DNA of 64,000 nt from an uncultured virus (IMG/VR IMGVR_UViG_3300013126_000020) (taxonomy: Duplodnaviria; Heunggongvirae; Uroviricota; Caudoviricetes). The stretch lies in the IMG/VR virus record IMGVR_UViG_3300013126_000020; one strand, 5' to 3'. Below the pieces are notes generated by a model. The model ran no database searches. It was given only the letters and a program-made list of their open reading frames with translations, and was not told the DNA's origin. Below, one piece after another: positions 18,600 to 28,565 of this stretch. Each line of letters begins with the position of its first letter. The stretch's first letter is position 1. Position numbers and translations under genes: made by a program.

Positions 18600-21500
18600 A
18601 TGACCAAGTTCGTAAACCTGCACGGCCACACCTACGGATCCGTACTTGACGCGATTGTTCGACCCAGCGAGCTTTTCCGCCGGGCGAAGGAGCTCGGCCA
18701 GAAAGCCGTGGCGATCACGGATCATGGCAATATGTCGCAGATTTACCCAGCATACAAAGAATCTAAGAAGCACGGCGTCAAGCTTATTCCGGGCAATGAG
18801 ATCTATTTTGTTGAGAATCTCGACAACCCAAAGTCAAAGCGACGCCACCTCGTACTCCTGGCCGCAAATCACCAAGGGTACAAGAACCTTTGCCGCATTA
18901 CGTATGAGGGCTTCAAGAACTCGGTCACAGTAATGGGCAAGGAGTTTCCTCGTGTAACGGCAGAAACTCTTCGCAAGTACAACGAAGGCCTTTTTGCTAC
19001 ATCCGCTTGCGGTGGCAGCATCATTGCCGCCCACCTTTATGAAGGCGATAGCGACGGGGCCGACCGCCATGCTCGCACGTTTGCCGAGATCTTTGGCAAT
19101 CGCTTCTTTATCGAGATTCAGCCGCATGCACTAAAACGCGGAAACTTCGACCAGATCGCTTTAAATAACATGCTCAAGGGCGTGGCCGACCGGCTTGGCA
19201 TTCAGATGGTTGCGACGTGCGATTCACACTATCTTGTGCCGGAGGACGAGAAATTCCACGACATGGTTCTCGCCATCAGCGATAAGAAATCCCTTTCTGA
19301 CCTGACGCGGCACCGCTACGTCAGCAGCATTCCCTGCGCGGCCTGCGCCGGCTCGGGATGCGATGAATGTGGCAATACCGGCATCGGCGAGATCATTCCG
19401 TGCCCAGAGTTCTATCTAAAGCACGAGGATGAGATCCGCGCCTTCTTCTCGAAGCAGTACTCGCCCGAGTTTGCAGAGCAGCTAATCTCCAACACTTCCA
19501 TGATTGCAGATCAGTGCGAAGAGCCCAAGTACCTGGAACCAACTGGCGAAAGAATTCCTAAATATGACATGCGCATGATCGCTGGCTGCCCAGACAGCGA
19601 AGAGTTCCGGACATGGCTAGCAGAGAAGCCTGCACGCGGCGCCATTCCGGTTGATAATGCCTATTTGCGCTTCCGGGTTGCGAAACGCTACCGGGAGTAT
19701 ACGAAGACTTTTGACCGCGCTCGTCAGAAGCAGTACTGGGAGCGGCTAGAGGCAGAACTTGAAATCCTCGAGACCCGTGGGTTTTGCAGTTACATGCTTA
19801 TTGTTGCTGACGCTATCCAGTGGGCAGAGTCTCAGGATGTGTGGACCGGCATTGCTCGCGGTTCAGCGGGCTCAAGCCTTATTGCATATTTTCTCGGAAT
19901 TCATAAGCTTGATCCCATTCCATACGGACTTCTATTCGAGCGCTTCCAGAACAAGGAGCGTGCGCAGTGCCCCGACATCGACACGGATATCCTGTCATCT
20001 GGACGTGATCGCCTTATTAAGTATATGTCGGAGCGCTGGGGAGCGGAGTACGTCGCTCAGATCACTAACGCAAATCGCATTACGCCCAAGGTTGCAATCA
20101 AGGATATCGCAAAGTCCCTGGAGGTTGGCGGCACTCGCCAGGCCTCGTTCTCAATTGCTGAGAAAATCACAAAGGAGATCCCTCTCAAGGTTACGAAGCC
20201 CGATGGCAAGATTATCGAGATTAATACTGTTGCTCTTGCCAAAGAGTACAGCCCCACGCTTGTCGATTTCTTTAAGCAGTACCCAGAGGTCGAAGCCCAT
20301 GCAGAAAAGGTCGTAGGCTTGCCACGTAGCTGGGGTGTGCATGCCGGTGGCGTTATCGTTAGCGACGTGTCGCTGCCAGACAACTTCCCGCTGCGGCGGG
20401 ATTCTGATGGCACCGTAAGCGTTCACTATGACAAGTACGTGTCAGAAGAAGTAGGCCTTATCAAGATCGACATGCTTGGCCTAGATACGCTCGATGTGCT
20501 GCGCGAGGCCTATCTGACTGCTCGCAAGATGGGCATCAATCTGCCTAAACCATGGGAAGTACCAGAGGACGACCAGCAGGTTTACAAGATGATTTCCGAT
20601 GGCGATGTGCTCGGCCTTTTCCAGCTAGAGGGCGGCACCCTTGCGCAGCTGTGCAAGCCAATGCAGCCCAGGAACATTGAAGATATTTCTCTCATCAACG
20701 CTCTTGGTCGCCCTGGCGTTGACAAGGCAAAGCGCAAGCAGTTTATCGACCGTCGCTTCGGACGGCAAAAGGTGGACTATGCTCACGCCGAGCTCGAGCA
20801 CATCTCTAAGCCAACTCTTGGCATCTCTGTTTACGACGAAGACTTGCTGAAAATTGCCAGCCATATTGCCGGATGGAGCCTTTCCGAGGCCGATGGTCTG
20901 CGCAAGCTGACCAAGCTAAAGGAGAAGGGCGCAGATCTTGCGGCCAAACTGGAGAAGAAGTTCGTTGACGACGCTGAGCGGCTAGGTCGTGTGGCGCGCA
21001 AGGATGCGCAATACATCTGGGACAATGTTATTGCCGATTATGCCAAATACGGATTTTGTATCGCAGGCGACCAGCTTGTTGAGACAATCGACGGTCCGCG
21101 CCCCATTTCCGCTATCAGCAGTGGCACAGTTGTTAAATTTATCGATCTTCATACTGGCGGTTTCAAGTATGCGCCAGCTAGCAAAGTCTGGTCGACCGGC
21201 AAGAAGCAGGCTTTCAAGGTGACCTTTGAAAGCGGTCATACGGTCTCTGCCACGGAGGACCACCGCTTTTACGACCACCGGGCCGGAGGCTGGGTGCAGT
21301 TTAAACAGGTCATCTCTGCCGGCGCAGCGAGCCGCACTAATGGCTTTGGCGCATGGATCGCGGATCCTGTGACAGAGGTATTAGACCTGGGAGAAGTAGA
21401 GGTCTACGACATGGAGATGCCAGTCGACCCGAATTTCATCCTTCCGGGTGGCTTCGTGGCCCACAACTGCAAAGCCCACAGCGTTGCCTACGCCCGGATG

Positions 21501-22466
21501 GGTTATGCGACGGCCTACTACAAGTATCATGCCCGAGCAACTTTCCTTTGCTCTTACCTAAACCAAGAGATTGCAAAGAAAACGCCGGACACTGCCGCGT
21601 ACATTGAACAGATCAAGAAAGAGATTCTTTCCTCCAAGATCGCAATCCGTGCCTGCGACATCAATCTGAGCGGCGATAGGTATCGGGCGATTGATCGCAA
21701 GACTATTGTTACTGGCTTGAATGCTGTCAACGGAGTTGGTGACGTAGCAATTTCGCATATTTTTGCTGGCCAGCCATATACCGCGTTTGCTGACTTCATT
21801 TATCGCAGCCCCTCTTCTGTTAACCGCAAGACTATTATCTCACTGGCCAAGGCTGGCGCATTTGACGGCTTCGGCATTTCACGCAAGTGGATTTGTGACA
21901 CGTTCTCAGAGGAGAAGGCCGCCAAGCGCTTGCGCATGAAGATTAACAGTCTCGGTGACGCAGCCACCCAGGATGGTGCCGCAGAGGCCAAGGACATTGA
22001 TTGGAGCAGTTTCGACTACCTCTCTACAAAAGAGGAAATGACCAGGGAGTGGACTCGCAAAGAGATCCTTCTTGCCGAGAAAGAAGCTCTTGGAGAATTC
22101 ATCTCTGGCTCTGCCGAAGAGGTATTTGGCGGCTTCTTCAAGAACATCAACAATCCGCTTACCCGTGCGCAGTTGCAAGCCCTGCCAAATTATCACAAAG
22201 TTATGCTGGAAGGCGTTATACTTGGGATAGACCAGATTCCGGTTCGGACAGGCAAGAATGCGGGCAGAATGCAGGGCAAGATTAAGATCGAGTCCCTGAA
22301 GAAAGAAGATTTTGAAGTATCGGTTTGGCCGGATGACTGGGAAAGCACAAAGCCCCGTCTGGAAGTAGGATCTCCAGTGATCCTACGCTGCACTGTAAAA
22401 GAGTGGAACGAGTCAAAATCTCTTAGCCTAGAGGATGTAGTTTCAGTTTGGAAGGAGCCCAAGTGA
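18600..22466 (+). CDS. dnaE: DNA polymerase III alpha subunit with mini-intein
   Basis: PHP domain (LHGHT, ITDHG, CDSHY), RGSAGSSL, PDIDTD, KIDMLGL, YGF|CKAHSVAY and a C-terminal OB fold. Confidence 0.96.
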   Translation: MTKFVNLHGHTYGSVLDAIVRPSELFRRAKELGQKAVAITDHGNMSQIYPAYKESKKHGVKLIPGNEIYFVENLDNPKSKRRHLVLLAANHQGYKNLCRITYEGFKNSVTVMGKEFPRVTAETLRKYNEGLFATSACGGSIIAAHLYEGDSDGADRHARTFAEIFGNRFFIEIQPHALKRGNFDQIALNNMLKGVADRLGIQMVATCDSHYLVPEDEKFHDMVLAISDKKSLSDLTRHRYVSSIPCAACAGSGCDECGNTGIGEIIPCPEFYLKHEDEIRAFFSKQYSPEFAEQLISNTSMIADQCEEPKYLEPTGERIPKYDMRMIAGCPDSEEFRTWLAEKPARGAIPVDNAYLRFRVAKRYREYTKTFDRARQKQYWERLEAELEILETRGFCSYMLIVADAIQWAESQDVWTGIARGSAGSSLIAYFLGIHKLDPIPYGLLFERFQNKERAQCPDIDTDILSSGRDRLIKYMSERWGAEYVAQITNANRITPKVAIKDIAKSLEVGGTRQASFSIAEKITKEIPLKVTKPDGKIIEINTVALAKEYSPTLVDFFKQYPEVEAHAEKVVGLPRSWGVHAGGVIVSDVSLPDNFPLRRDSDGTVSVHYDKYVSEEVGLIKIDMLGLDTLDVLREAYLTARKMGINLPKPWEVPEDDQQVYKMISDGDVLGLFQLEGGTLAQLCKPMQPRNIEDISLINALGRPGVDKAKRKQFIDRRFGRQKVDYAHAELEHISKPTLGISVYDEDLLKIASHIAGWSLSEADGLRKLTKLKEKGADLAAKLEKKFVDDAERLGRVARKDAQYIWDNVIADYAKYGFCIAGDQLVETIDGPRPISAISSGTVVKFIDLHTGGFKYAPASKVWSTGKKQAFKVTFESGHTVSATEDHRFYDHRAGGWVQFKQVISAGAASRTNGFGAWIADPVTEVLDLGEVEVYDMEMPVDPNFILPGGFVAHNCKAHSVAYARMGYATAYYKYHARATFLCSYLNQEIAKKTPDTAAYIEQIKKEILSSKIAIRACDINLSGDRYRAIDRKTIVTGLNAVNGVGDVAISHIFAGQPYTAFADFIYRSPSSVNRKTIISLAKAGAFDGFGISRKWICDTFSEEKAAKRLRMKINSLGDAATQDGAAEAKDIDWSSFDYLSTKEEMTREWTRKEILLAEKEALGEFISGSAEEVFGGFFKNINNPLTRAQLQALPNYHKVMLEGVILGIDQIPVRTGKNAGRMQGKIKIESLKKEDFEVSVWPDDWESTKPRLEVGSPVILRCTVKEWNESKSLSLEDVVSVWKEPK
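21057..21467 (+). mobile_element. mini-intein (137 aa, no endonuclease)
   Basis: CIAGDQLV... start, block B ATEDHRF, VYDMEM...FVAHN|C end. Confidence 0.9.
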
Positions 22467-23035
22467 ATTGTATCAACTGTAACCTAGAAATTTCGCCAAG
22501 CTTTGTAGCGTCCATCCGGGACAATAAGTGCCCTGCTTGTGGCAAAGCTTGCCTATCAGATGCAGATCATGGTGCGATATTCTCGGTTGTTTCGCTAATT
22601 ACTTCCTCTGTCACTGACATGGCCGAAGATACCACAATTAAGCTAGCCACTGCGCTTCACGGCAAGTTCGACATCTTCCCGAAAGGCGTTGTGGTAGATG
22701 GGCAGGTTACAAAAGAAATTGTCTATGTGACGACCGGCTCCTCATCGCAGCCGGCTGGCGGCATGCGACGACCAGCCCCGCTGCCGGTCCGCAAGGCTCG
22801 CGTGGCGCCTGAGCAGTCTACTCCTGAGCTGCCAGGCGAGCAGCTTACTCCGGCCCAACTGGCCAAGCTGCGGCAATTCCAGCAGCTGCAGGAGCAGACT
22901 GTAGACGTTGAAGAAGATGAGTCAGTTACTTTTGACGGGCCACTTAGCGAGGATTTGCGCGATGCCGAGGCAGTACGGCTTGCAAAGCAGAAGATTGCCA
23001 AAATGCGAGCCGAGCATGCTGGCATTAAAGGCTGA
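22463..23035 (+). CDS. hypothetical protein with N-terminal zinc ribbon
   Basis: GTG overlapping the dnaE stop, AAGGAG SD; CINC...CPAC. Confidence 0.7.
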   Translation: MNCINCNLEISPSFVASIRDNKCPACGKACLSDADHGAIFSVVSLITSSVTDMAEDTTIKLATALHGKFDIFPKGVVVDGQVTKEIVYVTTGSSSQPAGGMRRPAPLPVRKARVAPEQSTPELPGEQLTPAQLAKLRQFQQLQEQTVDVEEDESVTFDGPLSEDLRDAEAVRLAKQKIAKMRAEHAGIKG

Positions 23036-23040
23036 ATCAA

Positions 23041-23310
23041 ATGGACTGGAAGAAAAGAAACATAAGGAATGTGCACCTACTTTGCACAGATATTGACGAA
23101 TCAAACATAAACAAAATGCTTGACGAGGCGCGCGTTCATGACGCGCGCTCTATTATTACGTGCGATTTCGAGGGCAGGATCACCCGATTCAATCCCTCTA
23201 AGGCGATGACATGGGGCACGGTCTGGTATGTACAAAACCTCATGATCATGCAGCGCCTGCATCAGGTAGATGCCGCAATGAGCGCACTTAAGAGCCGCGG
23301 TGTCATTTGA
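23041..23310 (+). CDS. hypothetical protein
   Basis: tightly packed in the operon. Confidence 0.6.
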   Translation: MDWKKRNIRNVHLLCTDIDESNINKMLDEARVHDARSIITCDFEGRITRFNPSKAMTWGTVWYVQNLMIMQRLHQVDAAMSALKSRGVI

Positions 23311-23696
23311 AAATAAAAGAGTACTTGCTGGCATGCAGCGATCTGCAGTCAGAAAATGATCTAGATATTGTATTTGAATCGATGCCGTGGGCCAGGGGCG
23401 CTGGCGGCATGTGGGCCTCTGCCCGTAATTATTTTTCTTCTTTTCCAGATGACATGAATGGCATCACCATGACGGCTGATACTCCCACTCAGTTCTGGAG
23501 AGCCTGGTTTACTCCTGCGGGATATCTACACCTGCTTGAAAACAACCAGCCCTCTGCGGCGTCATCTATTGGTCTGCTGACTATTCGCGTAAGTATAAGA
23601 GCAAGCACTTGTAGCAAGCACCGGCAGTACCTAGAGACCGCGGGTTTTCTCGAAGATGGGCCAGGTTATTGGTCGTACAATTTTTGGAGCGAATAA
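23307..23696 (+). CDS. hypothetical protein
   Basis: start/stop overlaps with both neighbours. Confidence 0.6.
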   Translation: MKIKEYLLACSDLQSENDLDIVFESMPWARGAGGMWASARNYFSSFPDDMNGITMTADTPTQFWRAWFTPAGYLHLLENNQPSAASSIGLLTIRVSIRASTCSKHRQYLETAGFLEDGPGYWSYNFWSE

Positions 23697-24247
23697 TGTC
23701 AGAAGAACAAAAAGCCGATTCTATCATGGCTCAGCTGGAAGAGCAAATCAGGCTCGCCACTGGCTATCCAAATATTCGCATGATGATGCGCACTATTTCA
23801 GACTATGTCGGGCAGATCCCAGATACTGTTGCCACGGTAGATGGCCACACGGCCCGGGAACTGGCCGCTCGATTCCTAAAGGGTCAGTCGTTGTGCGCGG
23901 ATCTTGTTGCAATTGCAGAATTTTACGAGGGCAAGATGGCTCGCAAGCAAAAGGCCGCCTACTCAGAGGCCTTTATTGACGCAAGTGACAAATTCAAGAC
24001 TCAGAAGGAAAAGGAGTCTTACGCAGAAATTTCGGCTTCCCATGTAGAGGCCGCCGAGGAGTATATGCGGGCAAAGATGTTTCGCCTGCTTATCGAGAAC
24101 AAGCGCGAAGACCTGGAAAAGGCCCACTACTTTATGCGAAAGATTGCAGAGGGCGACACGATGGCACCACCAGATCTGCCGTCTGTTGGAAATGCAGCCG
24201 GAACTCAGGTAGCGCGAAGGAACGAGAACGGGCGCGTCACATTCTGA
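23696..24247 (+). CDS. helical protein, possibly a UvsY-like recombination mediator
   Basis: GGAG SD; helical KTQKEKESYAE segment; lies next to the SSB gene; function is a weak inference. Confidence 0.45.
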   Translation: MSEEQKADSIMAQLEEQIRLATGYPNIRMMMRTISDYVGQIPDTVATVDGHTARELAARFLKGQSLCADLVAIAEFYEGKMARKQKAAYSEAFIDASDKFKTQKEKESYAEISASHVEAAEEYMRAKMFRLLIENKREDLEKAHYFMRKIAEGDTMAPPDLPSVGNAAGTQVARRNENGRVTF

Positions 24248-24305
24248 GGCGCTACGGATAAAGCAGGATTCTTTGCCACTATGTGGCAGTCAAGTTCAAA
24301 CAACA

Positions 24306-24354
24306 GTCTGTAGGCGCAAGCCGGGATAATGGTATCCTCACTATAAGTGCAGAC
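24306..24354 (+). promoter_or_regulatory. four-way-junction structured leader upstream of the SSB gene
   Basis: GTCTG/CAGAC closing stem enclosing GGC-GCAA-GCC, GGATA-ATGG-TATCC and CACT-ATA-AGTG. Confidence 0.55.
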
Positions 24355-24371
24355 AAACCAAGAGGTAAAAA

Positions 24372-25115
24372 ATGACTACAGTAAATGGACGTATTGCGTG
24401 GGGCGAGAAGGCTGGCGGGGGCGCGGGTGGTTCGCGCCTCGATCAGAAGAACGACTTCCTGCGCCTCAAGGCCGATGGCGACTACATTATCCAGCTCATG
24501 AGCGAGGCGCCCATGGCTTACCACGAGCACTGGAGCAAGACAGCGGATGGTCAGAACCGCAGCCTGCGTTGCGCTCTCCGCAACTGCACTCTTTGCAAGG
24601 AGGCCGATGCCGCCAAGAACTCGCCAGACCCCAAGGTCCGCGAAGCTGCCAAGCAGATGACTTCAAAGCCCAAGTATGCAATTGAGGCCTTCCTGCTCGC
24701 CCAGGGCAACGAGCGCCTGGGGCAGACTACCGGTCGCGCGGTTATCTTTGAGTTCGGCAAGCAGATTTATGACCAGATCTCTCAGGTTGCAAAAACCCTT
24801 GAAAAGATTGGCGGTCAGCTGAGCGGCAGCATTCTGCTTGTAAACCGTGAAGCGCGCCGTGGACCATCTGGCATGTACAGCGTTACGCTCGTACCAACCG
24901 CCTACAAGATGACGCAGCAGCAGCTCGATGCCGTCAAGGCCTTTGAGGAGAAGGGCATTGACCTCAGCAAGCTCTATGCTCCACCAGAGGATGAGGCCAA
25001 TATGCGCCGCCTTGGCCGAATCGGTGGGGGCACCGATGCCCCGGCTGCCTCATTCGGTGGCGGTAGCGATGCCGCGCCTGCGGCCGGCGGTGCCAAGTGG
25101 GACGACAGCTGGTGA
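24372..25115 (+). CDS. phage single-stranded DNA-binding protein (gp32-like)
   Basis: DFLRLK, YHEHW, CxxxxCxLC, IFEFGKQIYDQI, Gly-rich linker and acidic/aromatic KWDDSW tail; AGAGGT SD. Confidence 0.75.
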   Translation: MTTVNGRIAWGEKAGGGAGGSRLDQKNDFLRLKADGDYIIQLMSEAPMAYHEHWSKTADGQNRSLRCALRNCTLCKEADAAKNSPDPKVREAAKQMTSKPKYAIEAFLLAQGNERLGQTTGRAVIFEFGKQIYDQISQVAKTLEKIGGQLSGSILLVNREARRGPSGMYSVTLVPTAYKMTQQQLDAVKAFEEKGIDLSKLYAPPEDEANMRRLGRIGGGTDAPAASFGGGSDAAPAAGGAKWDDSW

Positions 25116-25136
25116 TAGCACGATAATCCAGTACCA

Positions 25137-25170
25137 GGAGACCGGCTTAGGCCGGTCTTTTGTTTTTTTT
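25137..25170 (+). terminator. intrinsic terminator
   Basis: AGACCGGC-TTAG-GCCGGTCT followed by a T tract. Confidence 0.85.
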
Positions 25171-25185
25171 GCTGTAACCCTAGGC

Positions 25186-25911
25186 ATGAACAAGTTTAAA
25201 GCAATTCATGAATGCCTTAAGAAGTCCACCTCTTTTCACTATTTAGAGGACTACTGCACTGAAAACAAGATCACGGCGATGTCTCTCAGTAGGGATAATT
25301 TTACAATAATGCTGCGGCCGCTGTTTGAAGATGTGCTGTTAGACTTCGAACTGATAGTTGACCCAGTCTACCTAAGCCTGTATACCTATGGCAGCATTGC
25401 GGATGCAGTCGGTCGCCTAGGCGTCTTCCTATCGGCCCCACGCCCGACCGAATCGGGCACCACAAAAATACTGCTGCGAAAAGTTATCAGCCTTCGACTC
25501 CTTGGCACAGATGACGAGATCGAGGCAGAACTAAAAACCTTCTGCTATGCCATAGATGTTGCCATGCGTTACATGGAGCGCCTTGAGGTTGCAGTTCATC
25601 TGCCGAACGTGGACATCTCCATGTGGGAAGGCGTCGACCTACAGTTTACTGACATTGGGCACATCGTTGAGCGGCGGGCGATTGCATATCCAGACTGGGA
25701 TCACTTCATAGATACTATCATTTCAATATCTGATGATGAGCTCCCGGAAGACTACAAGGAGGAGATCATAAAGATAATGGTCGCCTGCAAGGAGTTCGAG
25801 CGCGTAAACGACCATCTGAAGCTGCCAGAGGTTATCGGACCTCTCGTAGGGATGCTCGAAGAGTTGGATGGCAAGCCTAAGCCAAAGCGAAAAAATTATG
25901 ACATCAACTAG
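25186..25911 (+). CDS. hypothetical acidic protein (start re-assigned from 24928)
   Basis: ATG after the terminator and a TGTAAC-N7 motif; the upstream extension overlaps SSB. Confidence 0.7.
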   Translation: MNKFKAIHECLKKSTSFHYLEDYCTENKITAMSLSRDNFTIMLRPLFEDVLLDFELIVDPVYLSLYTYGSIADAVGRLGVFLSAPRPTESGTTKILLRKVISLRLLGTDDEIEAELKTFCYAIDVAMRYMERLEVAVHLPNVDISMWEGVDLQFTDIGHIVERRAIAYPDWDHFIDTIISISDDELPEDYKEEIIKIMVACKEFERVNDHLKLPEVIGPLVGMLEELDGKPKPKRKNYDIN

Positions 25912-25920
25912 TGCAAACCG

Positions 25921-26580
25921 ATGAGAAGTATTGCACTAGACATATCAAGTAGAAATACTGGTTGGACTGTTATGTCCGATGGTTATCTTTTAGAGACAGG
26001 AGATATCACGCCACCTGCCAGCGCGGACCACCCGCAAAAGCTCCATTTTTTCCGTACTGCGCTGCTACAGCTGATAGCCAGACATCAGCCGGCAGAATTG
26101 TGCATAGAAGATGTTTGGGCAGGCAAGAACAAGCTCACGTATAAGATACTATCTCTTTATCACGGTATTGTGTATCAGTTGACTGCCGAAGCATGCCTGC
26201 AGCTGCAGATTATGACCCCTAGTCGCTTCCGACGGCTTGTTGGGGCTGTGCACAATATCAAGCTCAATTACGCAGAACGTGAAGAGGCAAAGCAGGCAGT
26301 GAGCTCTCTCGTCTGCTCTATTTACCCCGAGCTCTCCTCTTCGTCGGAAGACGTCCATGATTCGGTCGGAATTGCCATGGCAGCCCATTACTGGCGCACA
26401 AAACTAGATGAGGAGTTGGCCAGCGTTCGCGCTGCAAATCCGAAGATAAAATCTGCCAGTCGCCTACTGACACTGGCAACTGATCGAGCCGAGGACTACT
26501 TCAAGGGACTGGAGAAACAAAATGCAAAATCCGTGGGAAGTCCTGGGAGTAAGTCCAGAGACAAGTCAAGAGGAAGTTAA
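25921..26580 (+). CDS. ruvC: RuvC-like Holliday junction resolvase
   Basis: IALDISSRNTGW, LCIEDVW and EDVHDSVGIA catalytic acidic motifs. Confidence 0.85.
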   Translation: MRSIALDISSRNTGWTVMSDGYLLETGDITPPASADHPQKLHFFRTALLQLIARHQPAELCIEDVWAGKNKLTYKILSLYHGIVYQLTAEACLQLQIMTPSRFRRLVGAVHNIKLNYAEREEAKQAVSSLVCSIYPELSSSSEDVHDSVGIAMAAHYWRTKLDEELASVRAANPKIKSASRLLTLATDRAEDYFKGLEKQNAKSVGSPGSKSRDKSRGS

Positions 26581-27442
26581 AAAAGCATATAAAAAGCTTG
26601 CTCTGAAGTACCACCCGGATCGCAATCCGGGTGATGCCGCTGCAGAGGACAAGTTCAAAGAGATTACTGCAGCCTATGAAGCAATCACGAATGGCAGCGC
26701 CAGGCAATCCTATGGCCAGCCTACTGATGACATGCTTAACGATATTTTTAGCCAATTCGGGTTTGATATGCGTACGCGCCAGCAGTATGCAAATGTCGAG
26801 CCAATTATGCTCAGCGTGCAGGAGTATGCTACTGGAGCAGACAAGACTACGCGAATTCGCCTGGACGGCAACTGCCGGGATTGCTCGGGCGTAGGCGCGG
26901 CTCCAGGCGACTATAACGATTGTGGCACTTGTCGCGGTACCGGTAAAGCTACTTTTCGCCAGGGATTTGTGACAGTGTCGATGGGCAGTTGCTCGCCATG
27001 CCGCGGAGTAGGGCGTACCATTATTCGCCCCTGCGCCAAATGCAGCGGCAGCGGTCGATCCATGTCTGATGATACAGTGGAGGTGCGCGTCCCGCCAGGT
27101 GCAGGCGGAGGCCAGCTCGTAGTAAACTTCCTTGGGAATAGAATTGGTATTCCGATAGGAATCAATCCGGATCCGAATCTCTCTATAGATGGTCGCAATA
27201 TCCGGTCAAAAATAACTATCTCCCTGCAACAAGCGCTGTTCGGCTGCAAAGTACCGGTCGAGACTGCGCTGGGCACAAAAACAGTTTCCATAGATCCGCT
27301 TAAATACGGGCACGCCGAGCTGCGACTGCGCGGTCTCGGTGTACAGGGCTCCAATCCTGGTGATCACGTCCTGGATGTAAGGGTCGAGATGCCAGATGAG
27401 GCAACAAGAGAGAAAGTGAAAGAGGCGCTAGATGAGCAATAA
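26522..27442 (+). CDS. dnaJ: DnaJ chaperone
   Basis: J domain with HPD, four CxxCxGxG repeats and a C-terminal domain. Confidence 0.95.
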   Translation: MQNPWEVLGVSPETSQEEVKKAYKKLALKYHPDRNPGDAAAEDKFKEITAAYEAITNGSARQSYGQPTDDMLNDIFSQFGFDMRTRQQYANVEPIMLSVQEYATGADKTTRIRLDGNCRDCSGVGAAPGDYNDCGTCRGTGKATFRQGFVTVSMGSCSPCRGVGRTIIRPCAKCSGSGRSMSDDTVEVRVPPGAGGGQLVVNFLGNRIGIPIGINPDPNLSIDGRNIRSKITISLQQALFGCKVPVETALGTKTVSIDPLKYGHAELRLRGLGVQGSNPGDHVLDVRVEMPDEATREKVKEALDEQ

Positions 27443-28565
27443 GGAATTCCTTAAAGCATTCAACAAAACGTTCGCTAAGAACGGCACGGACGCTGCGCGC
27501 AAAGCGAGCGATCCGCAAGCTTACAAGGGGGAGGTGATTGATTTTCCGTCGTTGACGCTTGGCGACGCTAGCCATTACTGGGGACTTCCTCTTGGTAAAA
27601 TTACTCAGTTTCATGGTCCCGAGGGCAGTGGCAAGACTTTCTTTGCTATGCTCATGGTAAAGCAGGCTCAAGACAAGTATCCTGGTAGCAGCGTTGTTTG
27701 GTTTGATGCCGAATATAGCTTTAGCGAGACCTGGGCCAAGAACCTCGGAATCGATATCGAGCGGCTAATCATTATCCCTGAGAACAATGCTGCCACAATC
27801 TTCACCATGATCTGCGGTCGTACCAATGATCAGGGCAAGAAGATTGATCTTGGTATTCTTGACCACGTTGCTGGCAAGAGCCTTGACTGCAAGCTGATTG
27901 TCTTGGACAGCATTGCAAACCTTATCTATCCCATCGAAGAAAATCGTGGGTTCGAGGAGCAGGAAATGGCCGCTGGCGCTCGATTCCTGATGAAGGGCAT
28001 GAAGCGCACGACTCCGATGCTTGCTGACACTGGAACTGCCTTCCTTTGTATCAACCAGGCTCGTGAAAAGATTGGCGAGCGAATCCCGACACTGACCTAT
28101 CCCGGTGGTCGTCCATATCGCCACACTCTTAGCCTGGCCGTGCTCTTCAAGGCGTCTGCTGCCAAAGACGGTCAGATTCAGAGTGAGGACGAGCGCAAGC
28201 AGGGTCACAAGATTCTTGCCACCGTGGAGAAGACCCGTGCTGGTCCAGACAAATGGAAGAGCGAATTCTGGCTAGACTTCTCCAAGGGCGTAGTTAATCG
28301 CGGCGCAGAAGCTGCTATGCTTGGTGATGCATATGGCCTTATTTCGCGTCCGAATGCTACTATGTGGCACTACGAAGACCTGTCGGTCAAGGGCAAGGAT
28401 GCTTTCGCGGCTGCGCTCGAGGCTCGTCCAGATCTCGTTGACAAGCTCGTTGCAAAGATTCGCGACATCAAGCAGTCCGGCAATGGTCGAGCCGCAGTCC
28501 TATCAGAGGACGACACTGGACCTGTATCTGACTTCGAAGTAGAAGAGACCGTGGAGAGCGCCTGA
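27432..28565 (+). CDS. recA: RecA recombinase
   Basis: GPEGSGKT, WFDAE, IVLDSIA, INQARE, PGGR. Confidence 0.93.
   Translation: MSNKEFLKAFNKTFAKNGTDAARKASDPQAYKGEVIDFPSLTLGDASHYWGLPLGKITQFHGPEGSGKTFFAMLMVKQAQDKYPGSSVVWFDAEYSFSETWAKNLGIDIERLIIIPENNAATIFTMICGRTNDQGKKIDLGILDHVAGKSLDCKLIVLDSIANLIYPIEENRGFEEQEMAAGARFLMKGMKRTTPMLADTGTAFLCINQAREKIGERIPTLTYPGGRPYRHTLSLAVLFKASAAKDGQIQSEDERKQGHKILATVEKTRAGPDKWKSEFWLDFSKGVVNRGAEAAMLGDAYGLISRPNATMWHYEDLSVKGKDAFAAALEARPDLVDKLVAKIRDIKQSGNGRAAVLSEDDTGPVSDFEVEETVESA

Noticed and set aside
24306..24354. tRNA gene
   Set aside because: Only 49 nt, with no TTC T-loop, 7-bp acceptor stem or 7-nt anticodon loop; no tRNA was recognised elsewhere by eye
24928..25185. 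N-terminal extensions in the ORF track (also 16574, 18183, 8207, 39653, 46589, 53147)
   Set aside because: They cross terminators or overlap neighbours, or a downstream ATG has better support from an SD, promoter motif or shared N-terminal motif
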